From Bacteroidales bacterium (lineage in GTDB: Bacteria > Bacteroidota > Bacteroidia > Bacteroidales > UBA12077), in the NCBI GenBank assembly GCA_035269575.1, contig DATFIZ010000123.1:1054-65053 (forward strand): 64,000 nucleotides of DNA, written 5' to 3'. Each line of letters begins with the position of its first letter. The first letter of the stretch is position 1. The notes beneath the pieces are model-generated. The model saw only the letters and a program-made list of their open reading frames with translations. It made no database searches and was not told the DNA's origin. Below are positions 27,856 through 38,020 of this stretch, one piece after another. The translations under genes and the position numbers were made by a program.

Positions 27856-30492
27856 ATGATGAGATTTTTTAACCAGCAGATTTTAAAATGGACTGTTGTG
27901 ATGACCTGGGTCATCTCAATAAGTGTATTAAACACAAGTTTTGTAAAAGCTCAGAATATTCCTGCTCCAACCGACCATTTTGGTTTTTATCCGGGGACCG
28001 ATAAAATGCTTTTCAATTACGAAAGTCTAATTTCTTATCTTAAGAAACTGGACGAAGCATCGGATAATGTTACTATGCAGAAGATAGGCCTTTCGCCTAT
28101 GGGAAAACCGATGTATGTGATGCTTATTTCTTCGGCTAAAAACATTCAAAATCTTGATAAATTAAAAGAGATAAATAAAGAACTTGCGCTAAATCCACAT
28201 TTGACAGCTAAAGAACAACAAGAATATATCCATCAGGGGAAAGTGTTTTTTCTTTTTACTTTATCCATGCACTCAAATGAAGTTGCCCCATCTCAGGCAT
28301 TACCTTTAATTGCTTATGAGTTAATTACATCTACCGATGATGACATTAAAAAACAACTAAATGATGTTGTTTATATGGTGGTTCCAAATCATAATCCCGA
28401 CGGGATGAATATGATTGTTAATCACTACAACAAATACAAGGATACAAAATACGATGGGTCATCCATGCCGGGTGTTTATCATAAATATGTAGGACACGAT
28501 AATAATCGTGATTTTGTAGCGCTTACCCAAAGTGATACCAGAGCCATATCCAGATTTTACAGTAAAGAGTGGTTTCCACAGGTGATGGTCGAAAAACATC
28601 AGATGGGTTCAACCGGACCACGATATTATGTTGCTCCTCCACATGACCCTATTGCCGAAAATATTGATGCTGGAATTTGGAACTGGATGAAAATTTTTGG
28701 TTCGAGAACAGTAACCAAAATGACTGAGGAAGGATTGGCAGGGGTTACCCACAGTTATCTTTTTGATGATTATTGGCCGGGATCTACAGAAACCTGTATC
28801 TGGAAAAACGTAATTGGAATGCTTACCGAAGCTGCGAGTGTTAAATATGCTACACCTATTTATATTGAACCTAATGAGCTGCAAGCCAGAGGAAAAGGAA
28901 TAAGCGAATATAAAAAGAGCATAAATATGCCCGATCCATGGGAAGGTGGTTGGTGGCGATTAAGTGATCTGATGAAATATGAAATTTCATCGACTAAAGC
29001 ATACCTCGAAACGGCTTCCATTCATAAAAATGAGATATTGAAGTTTAGAAATGATTTATGTAAGAAGGAAGTTGAGAAAGGAAAGAATGAGCCTCCCTAT
29101 TTTTATGTTTTCCCAAAAGATCAACACGACCAAAGTGAATTAGTCCATTTGGTTAATCTTTTAAATGAGCATGGCATAAATGTTTATGAATTAAATAAAA
29201 ATATTATTGTTGATCAAACAGCATTTAATAAAGGCGATATTATTATTCCATTAGCCCAGCCATTCAGAGCTTTTATAAAAGAGATGCTTGAATCGCAGAT
29301 ATTTCCTGCCAGGCATTATACTCCAGGTGGAGAGATGATTAAACCTTATGATATTACTTCATGGTCTTTGCCTTTGCACAAAGGGGTTAAGGTTTTTGAA
29401 ATCAATCAAAAGAAAGCACTTTTTGAAAATTCATATCAATTAGTTGATACTCCCTATAATTTATTTGAACCCTCAAATAAGGAGTTTAATGCTGTCTTAC
29501 TTACCGCAAATCATAACAATAGTTATCAGGCTGTTTTTGCGGCTTTAAAAAATGGCAATAAGGTGGAGCAAATACTCGAAAATTACGAGCAAAATGGCAT
29601 CAAAGCACCTAAGGGAAGTTTTATTGTTTATACTTCGAAGAATGATGATCCCGTGTTTAACCAACTAAACTTTTCTCCTGAATATTTAGATTACGAGCTA
29701 AATGTAAAAACAAAGGCGGTTAATTTGCCAAGAATTGCTTTAATAGAAAGTTATTTTCATCCCATGGATGCCGGATGGACGAGATATGTATTCGACACAT
29801 ATAATATTCCTTTTACCGTGTTAAATCCTGATGAAATTAAAGATGTAAAGCTTAGTAAAGATTTTGATGTAATTGTAATACCCGATGAACAAAAATCAGT
29901 ATTAGTGGATGGAAAGTATAAATCAGAGAACAGACAGTATTTTATGAAATATCCACCAGAATACCTTAAGGGCATGGAAAAGGAAGGTTATGAAAAATTG
30001 CTTGAATTTATCCATGATGGAGGTAAAGCCATTGCATGGAGAAGTGCAACGGAGTTGTTTAGTGGTATGCAAAGTATTGATCTGGATAAAAATATAAAGG
30101 AAGATTTTGAGTTTCCGGTAAAAGATATTTCGAGTGGCTTGATAAAAGCAGGCTTTTCCTCACCGGGTTCGTTATTAAAGGTACAATTAGACACCGATCA
30201 TCCCATAACCTATGGAATGCCCGAAGAGGTTGGAGTGTTTCATCGTAGCAGTCCTGTTTTTACTACCTGGCAACCTTATTTTGATGTAGACCGAAGAGTG
30301 ATTGGGACATTTCCGGAAAGAAATATTTTAATGAGCGGATATGCTGATAATGAAGAAAAAGTGGGGAATAAATCATCGATTGTATGGCTAAAGAAAGGAA
30401 AAGGGCAGGTTGTGCTGTTTAGTTTTAATCCTCAGTTCAGGGCATCTACTCCGGTAACCTATAAACTTTTATTTAATTCAATACTGTTATAA
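27856..30492 (+). CDS. M14-family zinc carboxypeptidase with a large C-terminal extension (secreted)
   Basis: Signal peptide. Zn-ligand and M14 motifs LSMHSNEV, VPNHNPDG and GHDNNRDF. 878 aa. Confidence 0.85.
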   Translation: MMRFFNQQILKWTVVMTWVISISVLNTSFVKAQNIPAPTDHFGFYPGTDKMLFNYESLISYLKKLDEASDNVTMQKIGLSPMGKPMYVMLISSAKNIQNLDKLKEINKELALNPHLTAKEQQEYIHQGKVFFLFTLSMHSNEVAPSQALPLIAYELITSTDDDIKKQLNDVVYMVVPNHNPDGMNMIVNHYNKYKDTKYDGSSMPGVYHKYVGHDNNRDFVALTQSDTRAISRFYSKEWFPQVMVEKHQMGSTGPRYYVAPPHDPIAENIDAGIWNWMKIFGSRTVTKMTEEGLAGVTHSYLFDDYWPGSTETCIWKNVIGMLTEAASVKYATPIYIEPNELQARGKGISEYKKSINMPDPWEGGWWRLSDLMKYEISSTKAYLETASIHKNEILKFRNDLCKKEVEKGKNEPPYFYVFPKDQHDQSELVHLVNLLNEHGINVYELNKNIIVDQTAFNKGDIIIPLAQPFRAFIKEMLESQIFPARHYTPGGEMIKPYDITSWSLPLHKGVKVFEINQKKALFENSYQLVDTPYNLFEPSNKEFNAVLLTANHNNSYQAVFAALKNGNKVEQILENYEQNGIKAPKGSFIVYTSKNDDPVFNQLNFSPEYLDYELNVKTKAVNLPRIALIESYFHPMDAGWTRYVFDTYNIPFTVLNPDEIKDVKLSKDFDVIVIPDEQKSVLVDGKYKSENRQYFMKYPPEYLKGMEKEGYEKLLEFIHDGGKAIAWRSATELFSGMQSIDLDKNIKEDFEFPVKDISSGLIKAGFSSPGSLLKVQLDTDHPITYGMPEEVGVFHRSSPVFTTWQPYFDVDRRVIGTFPERNILMSGYADNEEKVGNKSSIVWLKKGKGQVVLFSFNPQFRASTPVTYKLLFNSILL

Positions 30493-30519
30493 CCTTAATC
30501 AGCAACAAATATTTTTTTA

Positions 30520-30552
30520 CTGCAAGGGTAATAATCCTTGCAGTTTTTTTTT
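30520..30552 (+). terminator. Rho-independent terminator after the M14 peptidase gene
   Basis: CTGCAAGG (30520-30527) / CCTTGCAG (30536-30543), followed by T9. Confidence 0.85.
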
Positions 30553-30735
30553 ATAAAAAAGTCTATCTCCTGATTATTTTATTGTATGTAAAATTTACTC
30601 TTATGATTTTCCAGGAACATTTTTGGGATATAGATGTTATAATACTATCATAACAACTGATTTGAGGAAATACATGTTTTTTTATTTTCTATTTACTAAG
30701 ATATTTAAAATATAAATCTTTAAAAAGGAGGAAAA

Positions 30736-31314
30736 ATGGCTTTTACATTACAAATTGGTGAAAAAGCACCTGAATTTAATTTACCGGCAACCAATGGTAA
30801 AAATTATAAATTGTCTGATTTTACTGAAGACACGATAGTCATTTTTTTTACTTGTAATCATTGTCCATATGTTTTGGGTTCGGATGAGATTACCCGTAAA
30901 ACGGCAGAAAAATATAAAAGCCAGGGAGTTCAATTTATAGGAATTAACTCAAACAGCAAAAATACCTATCCGGAAGATAGTTTTCCGAATATGGTAAAGC
31001 GTATGGAGCAGTACAATTTCCCATGGATTTATCTGTATGATGAATCGCAAGAGATTGCCGAGGATTATGGAGCGTTAAGAACACCACATTTTTTTGTCTT
31101 TGATAAAAGCAGGAAGTTGATTTATACCGGCCGTGCTATCGACAACCCTAAAGATCCTTCGAAAATGACCATTAACGATTTAGAAAGAGCGTTGGACGAA
31201 CATTTGGCTGGTAAAGAAATCTCTGTTCAGGTAACTAATCCAATAGGTTGTAATGTAAAGTGGGAAGGTAAAGACGCTCACTGGATGCCTGCTGATGCAT
31301 GCGATCTAGTTTAA
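30736..31314 (+). CDS. Cytoplasmic thioredoxin-fold (redoxin-like) protein with a CNHC motif
   Basis: No signal peptide. [16 protein letters not shown], and C-terminal IGCNVK. Paralog of the 26547-27161 product. Preceded by AAGGAGG 6 nt upstream. Confidence 0.8.
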   Translation: MAFTLQIGEKAPEFNLPATNGKNYKLSDFTEDTIVIFFTCNHCPYVLGSDEITRKTAEKYKSQGVQFIGINSNSKNTYPEDSFPNMVKRMEQYNFPWIYLYDESQEIAEDYGALRTPHFFVFDKSRKLIYTGRAIDNPKDPSKMTINDLERALDEHLAGKEISVQVTNPIGCNVKWEGKDAHWMPADACDLV

Positions 31315-31578
31315 CGAAACCGCTCCTTTTACTTTATTTTTTTTATTTTTTTGATTGCCTTCAATATATTGGTCAATCCTACTCAGGTCTTCCAAGACTT
31401 CTATTTTTGAGATTTCATTGGTTGAGATAGAATAAATAATTTCAATAAAAAAATCATCAATTGTATAAAGATTGTTAAGATCATCCCCTTTCTTTATTTG
31501 CGTAATATGTTTCCCTTCAGTTATGATAGCCAATCCTTGTTCAGCAAGCGACATATTATTGAATTCTTTTTTTGTCAT
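31306..31578 (-). CDS. Hypothetical protein (~90 aa from ATG 31578)
   Basis: ORF only, with no motif. The track start is TTG 31626. The 3' end overlaps the convergent 30736-31314 gene by 9 nt. Confidence 0.45.
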   Translation of the reverse strand: MTKKEFNNMSLAEQGLAIITEGKHITQIKKGDDLNNLYTIDDFFIEIIYSISTNEISKIEVLEDLSRIDQYIEGNQKNKKNKVKGAVSLN

Positions 31579-31710
31579 ATTTAATGTTTTATTCAATATA
31601 TTATTTGTTATTCTAATATAGAACAAAGAAATTTTATTATTGTTCTATTATCAATACTACAAAAGTTTTTTCCTTTTATGGGTAAAGGGCTTGGTAATTG
31701 TTATGCAAAA

Positions 31711-31962
31711 TTACACTTCAACTCCTTCAAGTTGCGCAAGTATTTGATATGCTTCCTCTGCCGAATCTCCACAAACCAGCTTTTCAGGCTTAAACCCTGA
31801 ACATATAAGAGGCCTTTCCGGCGAGTCAAATATTTTGCAATTCATATTGCTGTCCAGGTGTATACAACGCACCCCTGCAGGCTTGCCACCGGTCATTCCG
31901 GGGATAGACGAAGAAATAGACGGGTAAATACAACAAGCTCCACACCCTTTACGACACTCCAT
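31711..31962 (-). CDS. YkgJ-family cysteine-cluster (zinc/iron-chelating) protein
   Basis: 83 aa beginning CRKGCGACC, with further Cys residues (CIHLD, NCKIF, LICSGF). Confidence 0.75.
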   Translation of the reverse strand: MECRKGCGACCIYPSISSSIPGMTGGKPAGVRCIHLDSNMNCKIFDSPERPLICSGFKPEKLVCGDSAEEAYQILAQLEGVEV

Positions 31963-32106
31963 AATTTTTCAATTTGGATGCAATAATACAAATTTCTAAA
32001 GGGTGAATCTAATAATTTTTGAACCAAAAGTTACAATCCCCTGTTAAGCAACAATTATTACGAATTTTATTTAATAACTTTATACGATCTTTTAATTTAA
32101 AATTTT

Positions 32107-32799
32107 ATGGAATTTAGCGAACCTTTAATACATGGCCGTTTAATCAAACGATATAAACGATTTTTAGCTGATGTTCAATTGGATAATGGAGAAATTATTA
32201 CTGCCCATTGCACGAATTCGGGCTCTATGAAAAGTTGTTTGGAAGAAAATGCCGAAGTGTATTTGTCACCGGTAAATGACCCTAAACGAAAAACGCAATT
32301 TACATGGGAGATGATAAAAATTAACAATCATTGGGTGGGGATCAATACAAATAATCCTAATCGGCTGGCATTTGAGGCTATAAGTCAGGAAAGAATTGAA
32401 ATACTTAGAGGATATACCGAAGTTTCGCGCGAAGTAAAATTTAGTGACAGCCGATTTGATGTAATGGCTAAAAATAGCGTGGAAACCTGTTTTGTCGAAG
32501 TTAAAAATGTTACGTTTAAAGAAGGAAAATATGCCCTGTTTCCCGATGCAGTGACAACAAGAGGGAAGAAACATCTTGAAACATTAATCAAGGTAAAAGA
32601 AGAGGGGATGCGTGCTGTGATGCTTTATATTATTCAACGAATGGATGTGGAGGTTTTTGCTCCTGCAAAAGACATCGATCCCGACTACGCTAAAACACTT
32701 AAAAAGGCATATCATAATGGTGTTGAAATAATTCCTTTACAGGCTCAGGTAACACCCAGAAATATTGAGATTGTTGGTGAATTGCCGTTTGAAATCTAA
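32107..32799 (+). CDS. sfsA: Sugar fermentation stimulation protein A homolog
   Basis: GRLIKRYKRFLADV...AHCTNSGSM...RFDV...VEVKNVT...FPDAVTTRGKKHL pattern. 230 aa. Confidence 0.9.
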   Translation: MEFSEPLIHGRLIKRYKRFLADVQLDNGEIITAHCTNSGSMKSCLEENAEVYLSPVNDPKRKTQFTWEMIKINNHWVGINTNNPNRLAFEAISQERIEILRGYTEVSREVKFSDSRFDVMAKNSVETCFVEVKNVTFKEGKYALFPDAVTTRGKKHLETLIKVKEEGMRAVMLYIIQRMDVEVFAPAKDIDPDYAKTLKKAYHNGVEIIPLQAQVTPRNIEIVGELPFEI

Positions 32800-32820
32800 A
32801 ATTGCTTAAACAAATACAAA

Positions 32821-32853
32821 AAATCCCTTAGTGCAAAGCATTAAGGGATTTTT
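32821..32853 (+). terminator. Rho-independent terminator after sfsA
   Basis: AATCCCTTA (32822-32830) / TAAGGGATT (32842-32850), running into a T-run. Confidence 0.8.
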
Positions 32854-32857
32854 ACTG

Positions 32858-32928
32858 AGGTCGGTGGCGGATTCGAACCGCCGTACGTGGTTTTGCAGAC
32901 CAGTGCCTAGCCACTCGGCCAACCGACC
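32858..32928 (-). tRNA. tRNA-Cys (GCA)
   Basis: Minus strand reads GGTCGGT TG GCC GAGTGGCTA GGC A CTGGT CTGCAAA ACCAC GTAC GGCGG TTCGAAT CCGCC ACCGACC T. This folds as a cloverleaf with a GCA anticodon. There is one C-C mismatch at the top of the anticodon stem. Confidence 0.85.
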
Positions 32929-32991
32929 GTTATCGGATTGCAAAAATAGAAAAATTTTCCTGAATACTCAAAAAAACCTTTCTATTATTTA

Positions 32992-33351
32992 TTACCGGCT
33001 TAGTGTAACGCTTACTCTTTCCATCTTACCTCCCATGGGAGGATTCATCTTTGAAACTTTAACCGTAGCTTTCTTTATGGTATGGAAATGATGATATAAT
33101 GCATCTAATACCCTACCTGCAATATGTTCCAGTAAATGCGATTTAGTTTGCATTTGTTCTTTCACCAGGTTATAGGCTGCCTGATAATTCAATGCATCTT
33201 TTAAATCGTCTGATTTGGCAGGAACCTGCATATCTGTTTCAATCGTTAAATCAACCAGAAAGCGGTTACCTACAATTTGCTCTTCTTTAAAATGCCCGTG
33301 ATAGGCATAAAACTCCATGTTTTCTATCTGAATCAATCCCATGGTAATCAT
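32992..33351 (-). CDS. folB: 7,8-dihydroneopterin aldolase
   Basis: IQIENMEFYAYHGHFKEEQIVGNRFLVDL...ALNYQAAYNLVKE...LLEHIAGRV. 116-119 aa depending on the start (ATG 33351 or 33342). Confidence 0.85.
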   Translation of the reverse strand: MITMGLIQIENMEFYAYHGHFKEEQIVGNRFLVDLTIETDMQVPAKSDDLKDALNYQAAYNLVKEQMQTKSHLLEHIAGRVLDALYHHFHTIKKATVKVSKMNPPMGGKMERVSVTLSR

Positions 33352-33434
33352 TTTTAAAATTTTTCAAATTTAAATCTATAAATCGGGTTTTACATATTTT
33401 TAAAACATTTTATACAGCATTGAATAAAATCATT

Positions 33435-33442
33435 TACTTTTG
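33435..33442 (+). promoter_or_regulatory. Candidate -7 promoter box (TACTTTTG) for glnS
   Basis: Exact TAnnTTTG match, 50 nt upstream of ATG 33493. Confidence 0.35.
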
Positions 33443-33492
33443 TAAGATTGTAGGGATAGATAATTAATGACCGAAATAAAATATATTTTTTC

Positions 33493-35199
33493 ATGAATAC
33501 CGAAAACAAAGAAACAGAAGGACGTAAATCATTAAACTTTATCGAAAGTATAGTTGAGGAAGATTTAAAAAACAATAAAAACAATGGAATTGTCTGTACC
33601 CGGTTTCCGCCCGAACCCAACGGGTATTTACATATCGGGCATGCCAAATCCATTTGTTTAAATTTCGGTCTTGCCCAGAAATATAATGGAAAAACAAACC
33701 TGCGGTTCGACGATACCAATCCCGAAAAGGAGGAAGTAGAATATGTTGATTCCATTAAAGAGGATGTACGTTGGTTAGGATTTGAATGGGAAGGTGAAGC
33801 TCGTTTTGCTTCCGATTATTTTGATCAGCTTTACGAATGGGCTGTAAAATTGATTAAGGATGGAAATGCTTATGTTGATGATCAAACCCCTGAAATTATA
33901 GGTAAGCAACGAGGTACTCCAACGCAGCCTGGGGTTGAAAGCCCACACCGGAATCGTCCTGTTGCAGAAAGTCTCGATCTTTTTACGCGCATGAAAAATG
34001 GTGAATTTAAAAGTGGCGAAAGAGTTTTACGTGCCAAAATTGATATGGCATCACCCAATATGCATATGCGCGATCCGATTATGTATAGAATTCTGCATAA
34101 AGAACATCACCGTACGGCTGATAAATGGTGTATTTATCCGATGTATGATTTTGCTCACGGCCAGTCGGATTATATTGAAGGAATTACACATTCTGTTTGT
34201 ACGTTGGAGTTTGAAGTACACCGGCCTTTGTACGAATGGTTTTTAAATCATTTGTATACCGAAGGAACCATAAGGCCCAGACAGATTGAATTTGCAAGGC
34301 TCAATTTAAGTTACACCATCATGAGTAAACGAAAGTTGCTTGAACTGGTACAGAAAGAGATTGTTAGCGGATGGGATGACCCGCGTATGCCAACCATTTC
34401 AGGTTTGCGACGAAGAGGGTTTACACCCGAATCTATTCGCAAATTTGCCGATACTATTGGTGTAGCCAAGCGCGACAATGTAATTGATGTAGCTTTACTT
34501 GAACATAGCTTGCGGGATGATCTGAACAAGAAAGCTCCTCGTGTAATGGCTGTTTTAAATCCGTTGAAAATTGTGATTACTAATTATCCTGAAGATAGGG
34601 AAGAATATGTAACCATTGACAATAATCCTGAAGATGAAAGTATGGGAATCCGAGAAATGCCGTTTTCGCGAGAGATTTATATTGAACAGGATGATTTTAT
34701 GGAGGATGCCCCTAAAAAATTCTTCCGTCTGGCTCCCGGGAAAGAAGTACGCTTAAAAGCGGCATATATTATTAAATGCGAAGAAGTAATTAAAGACTCC
34801 GGAGGAAATATTACAGCGTTGCATTGTACGTATGATCCTGAATCGAAAAGCGGTAGCGGAACCGAAGCAAGTAAACGCAAGGTAAAAGGAACATTACACT
34901 GGGTGTCGGCAAAACATGCTTTGTCGGCAGAAGTAAGGCTGTACGATCGCTTGTTTAGTGATCCTGACCCTTCGGGACATAAAGACAAAGACTTTAAGGA
35001 ATTTATCAACCCCAAATCATTAAAAATTTTAACAAACTGTAAAATTGAACCCGGATTGAAAGATGCAAAACCGGAATCGAAATATCAGTTCCAGCGATTA
35101 GGATATTTTTGTGTGGATAAAAAAGATGCACAACCCGAGAAGTTGGTTTTTAACCGGACCGTTCCGTTAAAAGATTCGTGGAGTAAGAAGAATAAGTAA
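33493..35199 (+). CDS. glnS: Glutamine--tRNA ligase
   Basis: Class I motifs: HIGH ([14 protein letters not shown]) and KMSKS-like (IMSKRKL). 568 aa with GlnRS-type N-terminus [11 protein letters not shown]. Confidence 0.95.
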   Translation: MNTENKETEGRKSLNFIESIVEEDLKNNKNNGIVCTRFPPEPNGYLHIGHAKSICLNFGLAQKYNGKTNLRFDDTNPEKEEVEYVDSIKEDVRWLGFEWEGEARFASDYFDQLYEWAVKLIKDGNAYVDDQTPEIIGKQRGTPTQPGVESPHRNRPVAESLDLFTRMKNGEFKSGERVLRAKIDMASPNMHMRDPIMYRILHKEHHRTADKWCIYPMYDFAHGQSDYIEGITHSVCTLEFEVHRPLYEWFLNHLYTEGTIRPRQIEFARLNLSYTIMSKRKLLELVQKEIVSGWDDPRMPTISGLRRRGFTPESIRKFADTIGVAKRDNVIDVALLEHSLRDDLNKKAPRVMAVLNPLKIVITNYPEDREEYVTIDNNPEDESMGIREMPFSREIYIEQDDFMEDAPKKFFRLAPGKEVRLKAAYIIKCEEVIKDSGGNITALHCTYDPESKSGSGTEASKRKVKGTLHWVSAKHALSAEVRLYDRLFSDPDPSGHKDKDFKEFINPKSLKILTNCKIEPGLKDAKPESKYQFQRLGYFCVDKKDAQPEKLVFNRTVPLKDSWSKKNK

Positions 35200-35259
35200 T
35201 ATATTAAGTCATACTTAGTCAAACATAGTGTGACAGGTTCAATGTGAAAAGTTAATTAG

Positions 35260-35303
35260 AAAGTTGTCATCCTGAGCAAGTCGAAGGATGAACAACTTTT
35301 TTT
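35260..35303. terminator. Terminator hairpin between convergent glnS and the DUF4197 gene
   Basis: AGTTGTCATCC (35262-35272) / GGATGAACAACT (35286-35297), followed by T7. It overlaps the stop codon of the minus-strand gene. Confidence 0.7.
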
Positions 35304-36045
35304 ACCCAAATACTTTTTTCAAAATATCGTTAACCCTTGCTACAGGGTCTTTGCGGATTTGCTTTTCTTCTTCAGCTATTTTTATAAATAAGCCATCTAA
35401 TGCCTTTTGGGTAAGATAATCTTCCAATTGGATATTTACAGGTTTGTAACCTCCAATTTGTCCCACCATTGAGTTGGCAAAGTTGTTCCAGGCACCGGTT
35501 AAGTTATTCCATGTTTCCGCTGCAGAGATATTCCCCACTAAGTTTTTATTGACTGAAGACTTAATTTTAGGTTGATATAAGGTATATAGCTGCTGGTAGG
35601 TCGTTTTTCTCAGATAATGGGTGGCAGCGGTATCTGCACCATTTAAAATGCCCAAAGCATCTGAAATAGTCATGGATGTGATACTTTGTTTAAAAACAGG
35701 TGCTGCTTCCTTTGAGGCATCCTCGGCAGCACGGTTAATACTTAAAATTACTTTATCAGTTAGTTGTTCACCACCCGGAATTTTATTCACATTTTCGAGG
35801 ATCACATTTGCCTCTTCAGGGAGTAAAATTTTCAGGGCCTCATTTTTATAATATCCGTTTACCTTTGATAGTTGGTGCACGGCGGTATCTGTACCAACGC
35901 GTAATGCTTCTTTGAGGCCTTTGGCAATGTCTGATTTTGTAAGTGTAGCGCTACTCTCTGTTGAAGAAAGGACTTTTGCCGCCTGCTCTAATTCTGCGCA
36001 GGATAATAAGGATAACAACACGAAGTAAATGACTGTTTTTTTCAT
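35302..36045 (-). CDS. DUF4197-like lipoprotein
   Basis: Lipobox LLSC, then LTKSDIAKGLKEALRVGTDTAVHQLSKVNGYYKNEALKILLPEE, the pattern I associate with DUF4197. Confidence 0.7.
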   Translation of the reverse strand: MKKTVIYFVLLSLLSCAELEQAAKVLSSTESSATLTKSDIAKGLKEALRVGTDTAVHQLSKVNGYYKNEALKILLPEEANVILENVNKIPGGEQLTDKVILSINRAAEDASKEAAPVFKQSITSMTISDALGILNGADTAATHYLRKTTYQQLYTLYQPKIKSSVNKNLVGNISAAETWNNLTGAWNNFANSMVGQIGGYKPVNIQLEDYLTQKALDGLFIKIAEEEKQIRKDPVARVNDILKKVFG

Positions 36046-36082
36046 CGGTAAAAAATTTTGGATGTGTTTACAACAAATTTAA

Positions 36083-37002
36083 TTAAAAATCAAACAATCC
36101 GTTAACCGATAGATATTTTTCTCCTGTATCATAAGCAATAGTTAATATTTTCGAACCTTTTGGGATATTCTGTAAATATTGGTTTATGGCAGCAAGCGAT
36201 GCTCCTGTTGAAATCCCTGCAAATAATCCTTCCATTTTTGCTGCTTTTTGAGCAAATATGAAAGCATCATCGTGTATTACACGTATCGTACCATCCAGAA
36301 TATTCATATTTAAATTTTTGGGTATAAATCCGGCACCAATACCTTGAATTTTATGTGCTCCGGGTTTGTACCACGAATAACCTGAGAATTTTCCGGCTCC
36401 ACAGCATATACTTTTAAATTCTTGTATTTGGTTTTTAGCACTTCTCCAATACCCGTAATATGACCACCACTGCCTACACCGGTAATAAAATAATCAAATC
36501 CTTCGGGGAAATCATAAAAAATTTCAAGAGCGCTTGTTTTACGGTGTATTTCAGGATTTGAACGATTTTCAAATTGCATTGGTATCCATGCATCGGTGAT
36601 TTCATGACTTAGTTTAGCAGCCTTTTGTATAGAGCCTTTCATCCCGTCTTCTTTCGGAGTTAAAACAATTTCGGCTCCATAAGCTGCCATAATCTGAACC
36701 CGTTCTTTCGACATGGATTCGGGCATAACCAATATTAATCGGTAACCTTTAACAGCAGCAACAACGGCCAGGCCTATCCCTGTATTACCGGAGGTAGGTT
36801 CTATTATTGTACTTCCCTCTTTTAATGTCCCCATTTGCTCGGCATTTTCAACCATAGCCAAAGCAATGCGATCTTTTATACTACCTCCCGGATTGTCTTT
36901 TTCTAATTTAATCCACACTTCGTGATGAGGGAATAGCTTTTTTAATCTTAAATGGGGTGTATGCCCTATGGTTTGTAAGATATTTTCAACTCTCATAATC
37001 AA
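36083..37002 (-). pseudogene. cysK: Cysteine synthase A (O-acetylserine sulfhydrylase) interrupted by a -1 frameshift
   Basis: Track ORFs 36310-37002 and 36083-36307 are the N- and C-terminal parts of one CysK. The PLP-binding GGSIKDR and the GNTG and [10 protein letters not shown] motifs are in the first part. The canonical [19 protein letters not shown]...[10 protein letters not shown] appears only after shifting frame at coding-strand ACAAACCC (plus-strand TTT 36364-36366). One extra A would restore the frame. Confidence 0.8.
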
Positions 37003-37008
37003 CTTACT

Positions 37009-37845
37009 TTAAATGACAAAATTGATGGGTTCGTTTACGTTTTCATTATGTACTTTAATTTCACTTACATTATAAACAACAGAACGGGGGGCGACACTTT
37101 TAGTTAACCAAACATTTCCGCCAATGACACTATTGTGCCCGATTACTGTTTTTCCTCCTAAAATAGTTGAACCACTATAAATAATTACATTATCTTCAAT
37201 GGTGGGATGTCTTTTAGTTTTTGCTTCGCTTTTTTTAACATTTAATGCACCGATGGTAACCCCCTGATAAATTTTAACATTATTTCCTATATCAGATGTT
37301 TCACCAATAACAACACCCGTCCCATGATCGATAAAAAACGACTTCCCTATTTTTGCTCCAGCATGAATATCAATTCCCGTATTTGTATGTGCATATTCAG
37401 ACATTAGCCTGGGAAGAACTGGCACACTCAATTCATATAAAGGGTGTGCTAACCGATAGGTCATGATGGCCTGAAAGCCCGGATATGCTGAAATAACTTC
37501 TTCTAAAGAATAGGCTGCCGGGTCAAATTTCTGAATGGCTTTGGCATCTGAAATTAACTGATCGTATATAGAAGGTATTTTTTGAAAATATTCTTCTACA
37601 ATTTCATTAATTTGTTTTTTTAACACAGGCTTAACTGGCAATAATAGTTCTTTTAATGATAGTTTCAGGTGGTCCCAGGCAATATCAGTTTTTCCTGGGT
37701 TTATAGTTACCTCTTTGCAAACAGGAAATAATAAATTTGATAAGTCAGTTAAAAATTTATGTGCCACTGGTTTTGTAGGATAATTACTGGACATTTGCTG
37801 ATTAAAAGCATACAGTCGTTTTAAAAAGTCTTGTGATTCCATCAT
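37009..37845 (-). CDS. cysE: Serine O-acetyltransferase
   Basis: Left-handed beta-helix hexapeptide region GIDIHAGAKIGKSFFIDHGTGVVIGETSDIGNNVKIYQGVTIG...HPTIEDNVIIYSGSTILG, plus a helical N-terminal domain. Confidence 0.9.
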   Translation of the reverse strand: MMESQDFLKRLYAFNQQMSSNYPTKPVAHKFLTDLSNLLFPVCKEVTINPGKTDIAWDHLKLSLKELLLPVKPVLKKQINEIVEEYFQKIPSIYDQLISDAKAIQKFDPAAYSLEEVISAYPGFQAIMTYRLAHPLYELSVPVLPRLMSEYAHTNTGIDIHAGAKIGKSFFIDHGTGVVIGETSDIGNNVKIYQGVTIGALNVKKSEAKTKRHPTIEDNVIIYSGSTILGGKTVIGHNSVIGGNVWLTKSVAPRSVVYNVSEIKVHNENVNEPINFVI

Positions 37846-37861
37846 CTCATTTAATTTTTAC

Positions 37862-37893
37862 TAAAACAAAAAACCCTTCCAATGTGGAAGGGC
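37862..37893 (-). terminator. Rho-independent terminator 16 nt upstream of the cysE ATG (attenuator terminator; it also ends tcdA read-through)
   Basis: Minus-strand RNA reads CCCUUCCA-CAU-UGGAAGGG, followed by UUUUUUGUUUU. Confidence 0.75.
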
Positions 37894-37923
37894 TCTATTA
37901 TTTATCTATATAATTATTTTAAA

Positions 37924-38001
37924 TTATAAAATGTACAAACCCCTCCATAAGAATATCTTACAGCAACAATAAAGGTTTATATTTTTATAATTGTTAATCA
38001 T
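37924..38001 (-). CDS. Candidate cysteine leader peptide, 25 aa: MINNYKNINLYCCCKIFLWRGLYIL
   Basis: Minus-strand reading: ATG 38001, TGT TGC TGT at 37968-37960, TAA at 37926-37924. It lies between a TAnnTTTG box and the terminator that precedes cysE. It is below the 60-aa cut-off of the ORF track. Confidence 0.5.
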   Translation of the reverse strand: MINNYKNINLYCCCKIFLWRGLYIL

Positions 38002-38020
38002 AAATCTGTTTATATCAGTA

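Noticed and set aside
30674-30715. Phe-rich mini-ORF (MFFYFLFTKIFKI) upstream of the cytoplasmic CNHC thioredoxin-fold gene
   Set aside because: TTT-rich sequence is expected in AT-rich intergenic DNA. No terminator or antiterminator follows it, and the downstream gene has no link to Phe metabolism.
30722-30735. Strong Shine-Dalgarno-like AAGGAGG before ATG 30736, unusual for Bacteroidota
   Set aside because: It is a real sequence feature, but a single occurrence is not evidence of horizontal origin or special regulation. It is mentioned under the redox-cluster finding only.
32831-33091. 86-aa plus-strand ORF
   Set aside because: It runs through the tRNA-Cys gene (32858-32928, opposite strand) and into the antisense of folB. 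It is not a plausible protein gene.
33467-33496. 9-codon uORF (MTEIKYIFS) whose TGA overlaps the glnS ATG (ATGA)
   Set aside because: It is very short, is not enriched in Gln codons, and is not followed by alternative helices or a terminator. It is easily produced by chance in AT-rich DNA.
33390-33755. 121-aa minus-strand ORF overlapping the glnS start
   Set aside because: It is antisense to the highly conserved HIGH-motif region of glnS, and its translation has no motif.
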